The notes under the pieces were generated by a model. The model was not told the DNA's origin, ran no database searches, and saw nothing but the letters and a program-made list of their open reading frames with translations. A stretch of 57,448 bases of DNA from a virus (Duplodnaviria; Caudoviricetes): positions 1-57,448 of the IMG/VR virus record IMGVR_UViG_3300045440_000056. The stretch is one strand, 5' to 3'. Below, one piece after another: positions 19,901 through 29,607 of the stretch. Every line of letters starts with the position of its first letter. Position 1 is the stretch's first letter. Both the position numbers and the translations under genes were made by a program.

Positions 19901-22192
19901 AAATCTAGATTAACAATAGGAGGTAGTGGTGCTTGTGCTAGTCCTGCAGGAGAACAAGATATAAAAGTTGTTTCTTACTACGCATCATTAAAAAATACAT
20001 TTGTAAATCAATGGGGACAAATGTATTCTTATGATACAATTGATACAGGGTTCCAAAAAAACGTAACAGCTAATACTACTGCTACAATATTTGGAGGAGA
20101 TACATTTATATCTAGGTTTGCATTTAAAACAAAACTTCCATATTTTATAGATAATAGAGTTAATGCTCCTGATGATAGTGATGTATTTTATGATGAGATT
20201 GGTAATATAGCCTATCCAAAATATTGGCACTCAGCTAGATCTATATTATCTGATTATAGTGCAAATAATTCAGGACTGTTATCTAATATAGTTTCATATA
20301 AAGCTCATTCATTTGACTGTCCAAGTTTTCCAGAAAACTATCCTCCACCAAATGCTGGATCACAAAGAACATTCTATGATGGATATTTCTATTTGTTTGC
20401 ATATGGTATTCCTAATTTCTATTGTGAGAGTTCATATAATACAGATTTAAGACAAGCATTCAATAATAAAGAAGGAGACTTCTGGCCACACGTATCAACA
20501 GGTATTCCTGATGATTGGGTACAAGAGAATTTTGTATCGATAGCAAATGATAATACATATACATATAATGTAACATTCTCTAAACAGAATAAAGAGAATA
20601 CATTTACGCATTTACCAGCAGATTATAATGGGAACCCATGTTATACATACTATCCATTTAGAGCTGTATACTCAGATGCACAGAACATTGATGCTGATAA
20701 TAGAGTAAATAGCTGGTTAACATATAGAGCTATTTCTTATTATGACTTTCCTCAGAACTATGGTAAACTTATATCATTAGATGGTATTCAAAACAAAGCT
20801 GTATTAGCTAGGTTTGAGAATAAGACATTAATGTATAACAATCTCCTTACAATTGATACAAGTAATCCACAAGCTGCATATGTAGGTAATCCTAATATGT
20901 TCAAAGGAGCACCTCCTATTGACTTTGCAGAAACAGATCTTGGATACGTAGGTAGTCAAAACAAAATGTTATTGAAGATTCCTCAAGGACAAATAACAGT
21001 TGATGCTAAGAGAGGACAAGTGTTTCTTATACAAGGAACACAAGTAGAAGATCTATCTGCATTTGGTTCTGGAATGAATAGATTCTTTACAGACCATTTA
21101 GCTTTTGAAATCTTAAGATACTTTCCAAAGGTAGATACAGATAACAATTTTAATGGTATAGGATTACATGGTGTATATGATAGTAAGTTTGATAGAGTGA
21201 TACTTACTAAAATAGATTATATTCCATTAAGCAAAGATATCAAATATGATCCTGTAACAAAAGATTTCTATATAGAAGAATTAATAGGTACTAATATCTA
21301 CGATAGAACAGTTGTTAGTTTAAAAGATTCAGAATATTTTTGTAATAAGTCTTGGACTCTTTCATTTAATGTAAATACTAAAAGCTGGGTATCCTTTCAT
21401 AGTTATATTCCTAATTGGTATATAGCAGAAAACAATTTCTTCTATTCTGGTATAAATGGATGTTGTGATGAGTTTGATTTTATTGCAGGATCTATTGTTC
21501 CTACACCAAGCACAACAACAACAACTACTATGTTTGTACCAACTACTACAACAACAAGTAGTTCTACATCAACTAGTACATCTACTACATCAACATCAAC
21601 AACAGCTGCTCCAACGACTACAACTACAACAAGTTATGTATGTCAAAGACCTATAAATATGCAAACACTTGGCCTTATAACAGGATATAATATAGTTAGT
21701 CCTCCTTCAACAGTTGTATCTACAGGAAGTCAAGTAAATGCATGTACTGCAATGGATTATATTTATGATGCACCTGCAGGCACAATAGTTCCTACTAGTA
21801 TTATAGCACAGGCTGATAGTATTGTAGTTGATCAAACTGTTTATAGTGGTACAGGTACAGATTGTACAGTGGTACCTAATGGCTGGTATTTTACAGATGA
21901 GACAGCTGGTATGGATATTGTATTTAATATAGATAATGGTATAGTAAGTCAATTAGTTAATTGTAATCCTACTACCAGCACAACAACTACAATATCAACT
22001 TGTTACTCATTTACTGCAACTAAAACATCAGTTGGTGTTGTAACAGTAACTTTCATTGATTGTTCAGGAAATCCAGGAAGTAGAACTGTTGGACTTGCAG
22101 GAGGAGGATTCTCAACACAAACATTCTGTGCACTTGCTGGTACTGTAACTACACCTGCTGGAGTAACATTAACTAATAATGGAAACTGTTAA
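16973..22192 (+). CDS. Tail stabilisation/muzzle protein (P22 gp10-like), N-terminal major part, with Thr/Ser tract and appended Cys-containing domains
   Basis: Motifs YALNA, NEQGN, IYWTDGFNPRRY, GTYQFAVQY, GYLRDEVYAF, FGGDTFI and SWTLSF...WVSFHSYIP. Thr/Ser tracts at ~21503-21630 and ~21970-22000. Confidence 0.75.
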   Translation: MAEEQSQGNIKQELNSANIGLNLDNTVNQIKQGTLTYALNAALENFDSSSVNYQNEQGNELCVQFPQEYVLIGTHFINEQSKHIFFITNPNTGDSEIGYMDNNDCIYHTLVNALCLNFNTDNPIHKTVHKITNCTTEIYWTDGFNPRRYLDINNIPYLLAPNSDLCDPVYTDQLDCNQLKLQPNFNIPNLSIADVTTGGSLLAGTYQFAVQYSDAVGNPFTSYYSITNPTPIADPQIATVNFNYVVGKSIVVDVSNLDATGQFQYFNLAVIKTVNAITSVELIGTYFIDNTSLNITYTGQIVDNIRLSMNDIFEKFPYYDVAEDLTAVQDVLVWDGLGSIDRINYQSIATQIDLLWETYQIPPNENYADELNATNLRGYLRDEVYAFEIVFLLKNGKQTDGFHIPGRTSVPNDLVVINKVDNDDYIGTGTSAPYWKIYNTASVIGTSPQCSTCNIGTSTPYQYGNFAYWESTEEYPCNIDLWGDLAGQKIRHHKFPDVLVSPITKPVIDYNPSKILAVQNNYVYPIGVKIDTAQVQSLIQSSTLTTNQKADIVGYKIVRGDRGTNKSIVAKGILRNVGEYTREEQSFYFPNYPYNDLAADPFLNATNNAWTDECKTYQINILKFNEFPVGEAPYTAIQYTSCNSNKVTTKKFETLGIHQQCSIGIPTFLGNGPFNVMNESDTGPTPSSTNVAVATYMTYSIWTLESECDGAFEACRGWRAQFTDWTGNTQASVWIQGSGDWNPGYRKYTVYSIGGEPYKTDGRGETKIRYVSSVSFNNCDVSIPQPPLKESNTYRQIFNSPETSFGQPFLGDILKLENVMYGKGYAHFVPVNSNAKYRLLSKEAQKDALDASSALGNRTDPFNATSMFTAYQAYLQIYINGITRRNYAYSFNSTASYDYNEKITNSGYKQRTLDIKRYLIPGVQNVGDNYNINNFQRESSVYLKTDEYREDGTTPVASLPFPSNSTEMTTNIGIVEKSRLTIGGSGACASPAGEQDIKVVSYYASLKNTFVNQWGQMYSYDTIDTGFQKNVTANTTATIFGGDTFISRFAFKTKLPYFIDNRVNAPDDSDVFYDEIGNIAYPKYWHSARSILSDYSANNSGLLSNIVSYKAHSFDCPSFPENYPPPNAGSQRTFYDGYFYLFAYGIPNFYCESSYNTDLRQAFNNKEGDFWPHVSTGIPDDWVQENFVSIANDNTYTYNVTFSKQNKENTFTHLPADYNGNPCYTYYPFRAVYSDAQNIDADNRVNSWLTYRAISYYDFPQNYGKLISLDGIQNKAVLARFENKTLMYNNLLTIDTSNPQAAYVGNPNMFKGAPPIDFAETDLGYVGSQNKMLLKIPQGQITVDAKRGQVFLIQGTQVEDLSAFGSGMNRFFTDHLAFEILRYFPKVDTDNNFNGIGLHGVYDSKFDRVILTKIDYIPLSKDIKYDPVTKDFYIEELIGTNIYDRTVVSLKDSEYFCNKSWTLSFNVNTKSWVSFHSYIPNWYIAENNFFYSGINGCCDEFDFIAGSIVPTPSTTTTTTMFVPTTTTTSSSTSTSTSTTSTSTTAAPTTTTTTSYVCQRPINMQTLGLITGYNIVSPPSTVVSTGSQVNACTAMDYIYDAPAGTIVPTSIIAQADSIVVDQTVYSGTGTDCTVVPNGWYFTDETAGMDIVFNIDNGIVSQLVNCNPTTSTTTTISTCYSFTATKTSVGVVTVTFIDCSGNPGSRTVGLAGGGFSTQTFCALAGTVTTPAGVTLTNNGNC

Positions 22193-22201
22193 TAAATTAA
22201 T

Positions 22202-23068
22202 ATGTCAAAAATAATAACAATAAGGTTAACTCAAGTGTCACCATCTTCTGGACCATTCACAATCTTAGATCAGTTCGAGAATGTGATAGCAGAAGATGTG
22301 CCTAAAAAGATTCTTGTTAGTGGAGTGAACTATACTGTGAATGATGATGTAATATTAGTTACACTAAGATCTACTGGTAAATGTAATATAGAAAAGACAT
22401 TATATCTAAGTGATATTACAGAAGAGGACTATGTTAATATTAAACTAACACAAATTATTACAGGATGTACATGGAGACACTTAACTAATATACAATTATA
22501 CAATTCTTATTATGGTGTTACAGAACCATACATAATTGAATATCCATTTGCTTATAAGTTTCAAGATGAAATCTTACAGAATGTAAAAGACTATACAAAA
22601 GCATATGAATATGTGTCTATACCAGATGGTGTATTTAATGATAACACAAGAATAGAAACAAACAACAAGTGGTTTAACAAAGCTATTTTATATAATGGAC
22701 AACAAAGTTCAGGAGTGTTAACTCTCGTTGCTAAACCTCTTAATGATATGCGTGCATACATGCAGTATCCAATATTCAATACAGATAGTAAAACAATCAC
22801 GTACACTAAGAGTGATAACTTCTATCAATACAATACATTCTGGGCTCTTCAAAAAAGTTCTCAAGTTCCATTGTTTAATACAGGATGTGAAAGCTTATCT
22901 ATTGATAAGGTGATTAACCAAAGCAATATGGATTATGGATCAAGAAGTTTCAAGAAAGCTACACTAAGAGCTAAGGAGCTTAAGATACGTCATATATTAG
23001 ATGACAATTGTACAACGCATTTAGTGAGTCAATTCTTAATTGCTCCTGCACAAATCTCTTATAAGTAA
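22202..23068 (+). CDS. MTxLI-type anchor domain fused to the apparent C-terminal part of the muzzle
   Basis: N-terminal IITIRLTQVSPSSGPFTI...LRSTGKC matches the anchor family. From ~22463, WRHL...YNSYYG...PYIIEY and FNKAILYN..QSSG resemble the usual muzzle C-terminus. Confidence 0.6.
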   Translation: MSKIITIRLTQVSPSSGPFTILDQFENVIAEDVPKKILVSGVNYTVNDDVILVTLRSTGKCNIEKTLYLSDITEEDYVNIKLTQIITGCTWRHLTNIQLYNSYYGVTEPYIIEYPFAYKFQDEILQNVKDYTKAYEYVSIPDGVFNDNTRIETNNKWFNKAILYNGQQSSGVLTLVAKPLNDMRAYMQYPIFNTDSKTITYTKSDNFYQYNTFWALQKSSQVPLFNTGCESLSIDKVINQSNMDYGSRSFKKATLRAKELKIRHILDDNCTTHLVSQFLIAPAQISYK

Positions 23069-25062
23069 TGGCTAAAGGTTGGTTAGATAATTATAATGAT
23101 TCAAAAGTAAACTTACCAGAAGGATATGTAGGAGAAGGAATATTCAATGGTCCTATATTTGAAAACCCTGCTATTAAAGGACAGTTTCAAACTGGAGGTA
23201 AACTAAAATTTTTACAACCTACTAGTGATAAGTTACCAGAAGGATATGTTATTCCTTATGACACTCCTAGTTCTGAAAGAGCTATGTCTATAGGTGGAGA
23301 AGATGGAGAACCAGCTTATTTAATTCCTTCTTTTAAATATGGACGTTCTTTAGATGATCCAATGGGAGAGTTTAGAAAAACTGGAGAACATCTTGGTGGT
23401 CCATTTAAAACATGGCAAGAAGCTGATGAGTGGGAAAACGAAACTAGACATCCAGCAGTTGAAAGAAAAGAAACTATAATGTTCCCTCAAGAGAAATTTC
23501 AAGTGGGAGGAGTAATGCCAGGAGCTGTAGGACATATGTATGCTAGAACAGGATCTCCTAGTAAAGGACCACGTAGAAACCAAACTGATGTAACAGATGC
23601 TTCTGCACAGAATGGCAAAGAGATGCAATACTACCAACAAGGATTAGATTGGAAACCTAAGACTATTAGTAAGAATGGTGCATGGTTGGATAACTATGAA
23701 GAAGCTCAAACAGGTAAGAGTGTTAAGTTTGATCCAAAGAAATTTGCAGAAGATAAGAAACGTAATACTCCTTTACAAAAAAGTATAGACAAAGAATCAA
23801 TTTCTGAAGATAAAAGAAGATGGTTTGATACTAAAGAATATAAAGATCAAGTTAAAGCAAATAAGGCAGCAGAAGATAAAGCTATTCTTCAAGATAGAAA
23901 AGACAGAACAAATAAAAGTGTTGCTGCACAAAAGAAATCTTTTACAAAAGATAATTGGAGACAACAACTAGCAGATGAAACACAAGCTACAGGAGATAAG
24001 TTTAGAATATTTCCTGAAGATCCAGATAGCTTTATTGATGAATGGATGAACCCAGGAGTGATGATTGGAAACATGGCTTCTGATTTAGGCTCTGCTCCAT
24101 TAAGAGCGCAGCAAGAAGATTCATATATGCCATATGTTACAAGTATAGGTGTTCCATTATTAACAGGAGGTCTTGAAGGCATAGGAGCAAAAACAACTGG
24201 ACAATTTGTTAGCAATCTTGTAAATCCTCTTAACATAGTTCCTGGATATAACTCTGCTAAAAAGGCTGTAGGAAAAGCATTAGGAACAGAAGAAGGTTTA
24301 TTGTCTAATGTATATAAATTAAATCCTTATGCAGAAAGATTAAATGATGCAAACAAATCATATAGAGTTGCAGGATTAGATGCACTTGAAGATTTTCAAA
24401 ATACAGGAATATTAAGAAGTGTGCAACAAGGTGTACCTGAAGGAGCGTCTTTAACTGAACGTGCAATGTCAAGACCTACAGGATTTCCTTCTTTTCAAAA
24501 AGGTTATGCTGACATGAGATATGCCCCAGAAGAAGGTGCTGTTGTTTTTGAAACAGGATTGCCTACATTCAAACGAGGAGAAATAAATCCTGTAACAGGT
24601 TTTCCTATTAAAGGAAGACATTATGCACATAGAGTTATTAATCCAGAAACAGGTGCAACTATGGGTCAAATACCTGCATCTGACATAAGAGCATTTGGAG
24701 ATAAACCACATTGGCTACAAGGATATAAAGAAATTCCTAAACAAGAAGATGGAGGGATCATTAAAGATGATAGAGGACAATGGGATCATCCAGGAGAGAT
24801 AACAGAAATCAATTCTAATGATATAACAATGGAAGGAGTTCCTTATGATGTTCTTGGTATATCAGATACAGGAGATACTAAACTAATGAAGCCAGGAAAG
24901 AATTATAAGTTCAAAGGTAAGAAGGTAACAGAATATCCTATGGCTAAGAATGGTGTAAACCAACAAGACCAAAAAACTTTGCAACAATTAGATCAATTGA
25001 CTAACTTTACAAATTATAATAAACCACAACCAGGAGGCTGGCTAAACAAATATAAATCATGA
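23068..25062 (+). CDS. Putative internal virion (cargo/ejected) protein, modular
   Basis: First gene of the cargo block. Three GW/AWL[DN]xY motifs and several xxxG(G) delimiters. C-terminal DDRGQWDHPGE...VTEYPMAKNG domain. Confidence 0.55.
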   Translation: MAKGWLDNYNDSKVNLPEGYVGEGIFNGPIFENPAIKGQFQTGGKLKFLQPTSDKLPEGYVIPYDTPSSERAMSIGGEDGEPAYLIPSFKYGRSLDDPMGEFRKTGEHLGGPFKTWQEADEWENETRHPAVERKETIMFPQEKFQVGGVMPGAVGHMYARTGSPSKGPRRNQTDVTDASAQNGKEMQYYQQGLDWKPKTISKNGAWLDNYEEAQTGKSVKFDPKKFAEDKKRNTPLQKSIDKESISEDKRRWFDTKEYKDQVKANKAAEDKAILQDRKDRTNKSVAAQKKSFTKDNWRQQLADETQATGDKFRIFPEDPDSFIDEWMNPGVMIGNMASDLGSAPLRAQQEDSYMPYVTSIGVPLLTGGLEGIGAKTTGQFVSNLVNPLNIVPGYNSAKKAVGKALGTEEGLLSNVYKLNPYAERLNDANKSYRVAGLDALEDFQNTGILRSVQQGVPEGASLTERAMSRPTGFPSFQKGYADMRYAPEEGAVVFETGLPTFKRGEINPVTGFPIKGRHYAHRVINPETGATMGQIPASDIRAFGDKPHWLQGYKEIPKQEDGGIIKDDRGQWDHPGEITEINSNDITMEGVPYDVLGISDTGDTKLMKPGKNYKFKGKKVTEYPMAKNGVNQQDQKTLQQLDQLTNFTNYNKPQPGGWLNKYKS

Positions 25063-28000
25063 AAGCACAAATTTTAAAAATTGCAGGAGTTAAATCTGAA
25101 AAGGAGTTCTATAAAAAGTTTCCTTCAGAAGAAGCCTTTATGAAGAAACATGGTAAAGAGTTTAAGAAAGCTCAAACTGGTGCTGCAATCAATGCATCAC
25201 AATTACATCAACCAGCTTTCAAACCTTTAAGTTATCAAACTCAATTTGATGATGTTGATAAAATGATGACAGGTTCTACAGAAGCTGAGAGACAAGCTGC
25301 ATTAGCTAAACAACAAGCTGCTGCTTCACAAGGTGGTGGTGGAGGTGGATTTGATATTGCTGGTCTTATGAAGTTAGCTGGTGGTGCTATGCAAGGAGGA
25401 GAAGGCATGGGTGATATGGGTGGAGCTGCAGCAGGTGCAAGTTCAGTGGCAGCAGCAGCAAGATATGGAATAGATATTCGTAAAGCACAAAATGGAACAG
25501 CTGCTTGGTATTCACAAAATCCTCCAGGAGGAGCAACTAATTATGGACAAGTACAACCTGCAAATCAATTAAAATCTATAGGTTCTACAAATCCTTTAGC
25601 TACTGGTGGTATAGGAGGATTCGATGTTTCTAAATTAGGTCCTCAAGGAGTTCAAGAAGAAAATACATGGTCTAAAGTGGGAGGAGCATTAGGTAAATAT
25701 GCAGGACCTGTTGGAGATGTTATTAGTGGTATTGGAGAATTGAAAAAAGAAAAAGAAGCAAGAAAAGCTGCTGAACAAGCAAGAGATGTAAGTAAGATAT
25801 CTCTTAAGGCAGCAGAGAGTGTTGATGTAGATGCAAGAAGACAACAATCTGAAAACATAGCTAAGCAAAGAGAAGCACAGATGCCAGTTAATACAGGAGA
25901 AGAATTCTTCCCTATATATGGTGTAGGTACAAATGTTCTTGCTAGAAACGGTATGATGTTACAAGATGGTGACAATGTTAAAGGAGATCTTCCATTAAAC
26001 ATGGCACTAAAAAATCCACAGTTTGCTGAACAACTGCGTGGACAAAGAAATAAAATTACTGAGGAAGAAGAAGTAGTCGAACCTGTAATGGAAGTAGGTC
26101 CAATATTTGGACCACAGAATGAGGAATATGATGACTTAGAACAAATAACTGATTACAGTGATCCAAATGAAATGACAGATGCACAGTCTGCTGCGTTCAT
26201 GGAAACATATAATAGAGATCAAGGTAAATCAACTGAAACATTTGATTCAAGTTCTGCTAGAGATACATGGGTTCATAAAACAGGACTACCATGGAGTGAA
26301 GCTAAGCGACTTGGTTACACTGGAGGTTCTGCCAAAGATAATACAAAACTATTAGCAGAGTTAAATGATCCTAGATTTAGAAAAGAAAATCTAAGAGATT
26401 CTGCGCCTAAACAAAGTACACAAACTAGAACACCTATTCAACATAGAGAAACTCCTACAGGAAAACTTACTCCTATTAAGAAACCTATACAATCATATGC
26501 AGAAGCAATGAAAGGTAAACCTAAATATGGAGGAGCTCAAGGAGATATCCATGTTCCTGATGAAGGAAACATGTTAACTAGAATAGGAGAGCGTGTAGCT
26601 AACCCAATGCAAACATTTGGACATTATGCTCAATATGGAGAGTTACCAGCAGAAGGTTTTTCTAAACATAGTAAAAATGCTTTTGATCAAGTGTTAGGAC
26701 TTAGAAATCCTGCATACTGGGCAAATGCTATAGGCAATGCTTCAGACTATGCAAGTGAAGGAGAATATAAAAAAGCAGCATGGGAAGCTTTGGATGCAGC
26801 ACCTGCTTTAGGTAAAATTAAATATGTTAAAAATATACCATTTAATAAAGGACTTCCTCCTGCTAGTGTGCGTAGAGCAGGTTATTTAGGAGAAGGGGCA
26901 AAGAGACTTGGAGCTGCTCCTGCAAGACAATTAACTGGAAAAGCTGCTAAACAAATTGCACCAACTAATGTTCCTAACTTTGTTATGCGTAAAGATGGTG
27001 GACCAGTAGGTGGAAATCCTGGAGAGATACAAAATACATTTGCTCCAAATGATATATACATGGATAGTGGATATGAACCATTAAATGATACTAATATAAA
27101 ACAATACTATCAAGGTGGAAGATTATATCAAATGCAAGATGGTGGAGCTGCTGCTGGTGGAGGAACTCCATGGGGAGCAATATCACAAAAAGCTACAGGT
27201 ATAGGACAATCACTAATGGGTGGTCAAAATGCTGGTGGTAAAATTGGTAGTACTGTTGGTTCAACTCTTGGTATGATAGGAGGTCCTATTGGTTCTGCAA
27301 TAGGTGGATTTGTTGGAGGTATAGCTGGTAATGCTTTAGATACTAATGCTAAGAGAATGAAGAAAGCACAAGATGCTACACAAAGAAACATGCAAGGAAT
27401 GGCTAATGCTAATATGGCTAAAGGTATTCAAGCACAGAACCAATCTTATATGGAAGATGGTGGATGGGTATCTAATGATTGGACTCCACAAGTTATAGCT
27501 TCATTCGGTGGTCTTAATGAACAAGAAGTTTATGACTATGCACATGAAGGAATGGATACACTAAGAGCTGGTGGACATCTAAGAGATTATACACCTCCTA
27601 GTGATAGAGCTATGGAAATATATGAAGATGGTGGTAAGATTCAATCTTATGGATTAGGTGGAGAGTTACAAACACATTGGGGTGGAGGAGCTGAAACTAT
27701 TTCACGTAATCCTTACTTACCTGGTACAGGAGAAACAGTAATGTTCAGAGGAAAGAGTCATGAAGAATATTCTCCTAATGGAGAAACAGGAATTGGTGTA
27801 ACTTACGGTGGTAACCCAGTAGAAGTAGAAAGAGGAGAACCTATGGTAGAATTAGAAGAGGGTGGAACAATAGATCCTGAAACAGGAGAAGTACAAAAAT
27901 CAGGAGTGGTGTTTGGTAACTTACAAATACCTAATCAATATATAGATATGCTAGGAGATAAAAATGCTAAAGGTAAAAAGTTTAAAAACTATGTAGCTGA

Positions 28001-29498
28001 TCTATCTAAGATAGAAGAGAAACAAAACAGTATTATAGATAAATCATCTAAGCAACTTAATGCTCTTGATCCTATAAACTCTTTTGATAAGTTAACACTT
28101 ACAGCATTGCAAGCTAACATACAAGGAGCTAATATGAAACTTAAAGAAATAGCTGATAGAAAAATAAATGCAGCATCTCTTCAGAATGCTATCAATGATA
28201 CAGCAGAAGAACGTGGATTAGTTGCTGATGATCTTGCTAGAGGTAAGGTAAAGATAGATAAAGAAGCTCAAAAACAATCTGCTAAGTTTGGTGGCAAGTT
28301 TACACAAGCACAAGATGGTGTATATAAAATAAAAGGTAACTTACCTGGTTCTATAGATTATAATCCTCTTGGGCAAACTCCTAGAGAAGATCTATGGAAA
28401 GATGAGAGTACATATGAAAATGTATGGAAACCGAAAGTGTACTCTGCATTTAGTGATCCTAGACGTGCTGAAGAATTAGTTAAAAATTTAGAATCATATA
28501 AAGGACAAGATTTTGAAGATGTACAAGCTGCTATTAAAAAAGGAAAAACACCTGAAGAAAAGAAAGCTATTGCAATTAAATTAGCAACAGATAAGAAAGT
28601 TGGACCTTTCCATTCAATTATGGATACTGTAATAAATCAAACATTACCTGATGTTACAGAAGCAAAAACTACACCAACAGTTACTACACCAGCTGCAACT
28701 AAAGAAGAGGTAGCAGTAGAAGAAACACCTGAGAAAACAAATTGGTGGGATACAGCAACAACTGCATTTAATGCAATACTTCCTAGTATTAGACCTAGTG
28801 ATGCAGAAGGATTGGATACAGCTCAGTTATATCCAGAGATGTTTGCTATGGCCACAAACCAAGTAGCTCCTGTACAAGCACAGACATTCCAACCTGATTT
28901 AGGAATTCCTTATGATATATCATATCAAGATCAATTGAATGCTAACCAAGCAGACTATAGAGCAGCACAAAGAATGATGGGTTACAATCCAGCAGCTCAA
29001 GCTAATCTAAATGCAGAAAAATATCAAGCTAATCAATCTGTACTAGCTAATCAATTCAGAGCTAATCAAGAAATGAAAGACAAAGTGTATAGTGAGAATA
29101 GAAACATGCTTAATCAAGCTAAGCTTACTAACCTAGGTATATTTGATAAGCAATACGAAAGACAGACAGAAGCATTAGCTAATACAAAAGCTACAACACA
29201 AGCTGCTTTGAATTCTATATCTGACAAGTATGCTAAGAATAAATTAGAGAACAGAGAGTTGAAAACATATGAGAATATGTACAACTATAGATTTGGTCCT
29301 AACTTCAGAGCACAGAATATGAATCCTTTAGCACAGTGGGATACAGATTATAAAGGAGCTTCATCAGAAGAACTTGAAGCTATGTCAGCTTATAAAAAAG
29401 CAAAAGAAAAACGAGAAGCTGCTGCTGCTAAGAAAGATGCTAAAGAAACTGATAAGAAAAGAAACGGTTCTATCGTAAAATCTTACAAGAATATATAA
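25059..29498 (+). CDS. Cargo/ejection protein with glycine-zipper membrane segments
   Basis: Gly-zipper GSTVGSTLGMIGGPIGSAIGGFVGGIAG, a GKSHEE...VEVERGE motif, Gln/Ala-rich C-terminal coiled coil and many xxDGG-type motifs. Lies upstream of the vRNAP. Confidence 0.6.
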   Translation: MKAQILKIAGVKSEKEFYKKFPSEEAFMKKHGKEFKKAQTGAAINASQLHQPAFKPLSYQTQFDDVDKMMTGSTEAERQAALAKQQAAASQGGGGGGFDIAGLMKLAGGAMQGGEGMGDMGGAAAGASSVAAAARYGIDIRKAQNGTAAWYSQNPPGGATNYGQVQPANQLKSIGSTNPLATGGIGGFDVSKLGPQGVQEENTWSKVGGALGKYAGPVGDVISGIGELKKEKEARKAAEQARDVSKISLKAAESVDVDARRQQSENIAKQREAQMPVNTGEEFFPIYGVGTNVLARNGMMLQDGDNVKGDLPLNMALKNPQFAEQLRGQRNKITEEEEVVEPVMEVGPIFGPQNEEYDDLEQITDYSDPNEMTDAQSAAFMETYNRDQGKSTETFDSSSARDTWVHKTGLPWSEAKRLGYTGGSAKDNTKLLAELNDPRFRKENLRDSAPKQSTQTRTPIQHRETPTGKLTPIKKPIQSYAEAMKGKPKYGGAQGDIHVPDEGNMLTRIGERVANPMQTFGHYAQYGELPAEGFSKHSKNAFDQVLGLRNPAYWANAIGNASDYASEGEYKKAAWEALDAAPALGKIKYVKNIPFNKGLPPASVRRAGYLGEGAKRLGAAPARQLTGKAAKQIAPTNVPNFVMRKDGGPVGGNPGEIQNTFAPNDIYMDSGYEPLNDTNIKQYYQGGRLYQMQDGGAAAGGGTPWGAISQKATGIGQSLMGGQNAGGKIGSTVGSTLGMIGGPIGSAIGGFVGGIAGNALDTNAKRMKKAQDATQRNMQGMANANMAKGIQAQNQSYMEDGGWVSNDWTPQVIASFGGLNEQEVYDYAHEGMDTLRAGGHLRDYTPPSDRAMEIYEDGGKIQSYGLGGELQTHWGGGAETISRNPYLPGTGETVMFRGKSHEEYSPNGETGIGVTYGGNPVEVERGEPMVELEEGGTIDPETGEVQKSGVVFGNLQIPNQYIDMLGDKNAKGKKFKNYVADLSKIEEKQNSIIDKSSKQLNALDPINSFDKLTLTALQANIQGANMKLKEIADRKINAASLQNAINDTAEERGLVADDLARGKVKIDKEAQKQSAKFGGKFTQAQDGVYKIKGNLPGSIDYNPLGQTPREDLWKDESTYENVWKPKVYSAFSDPRRAEELVKNLESYKGQDFEDVQAAIKKGKTPEEKKAIAIKLATDKKVGPFHSIMDTVINQTLPDVTEAKTTPTVTTPAATKEEVAVEETPEKTNWWDTATTAFNAILPSIRPSDAEGLDTAQLYPEMFAMATNQVAPVQAQTFQPDLGIPYDISYQDQLNANQADYRAAQRMMGYNPAAQANLNAEKYQANQSVLANQFRANQEMKDKVYSENRNMLNQAKLTNLGIFDKQYERQTEALANTKATTQAALNSISDKYAKNKLENRELKTYENMYNYRFGPNFRAQNMNPLAQWDTDYKGASSEELEAMSAYKKAKEKREAAAAKKDAKETDKKRNGSIVKSYKNI

Positions 29499-29570
29499 CT
29501 AAACTCATTATAAAAAATTACTACAAAATGTTATTAAATTTTGATAGTATAATAATTTAAATTAAATTTG
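29494..29570 (+). promoter_or_regulatory. Class B promoter: upstream dyad plus consensus Bacteroidota -33/-7 boxes
   Basis: TTTG at 29540-29543, 19-nt spacer, TAAATTTG at 29563-29570. Upstream TATAACTA-N5-ATTATAAA as at 13455. Confidence 0.72.
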
Positions 29571-29607
29571 CTAATCTACATATTTATATGTATTAAAATA
29601 ACAGACT

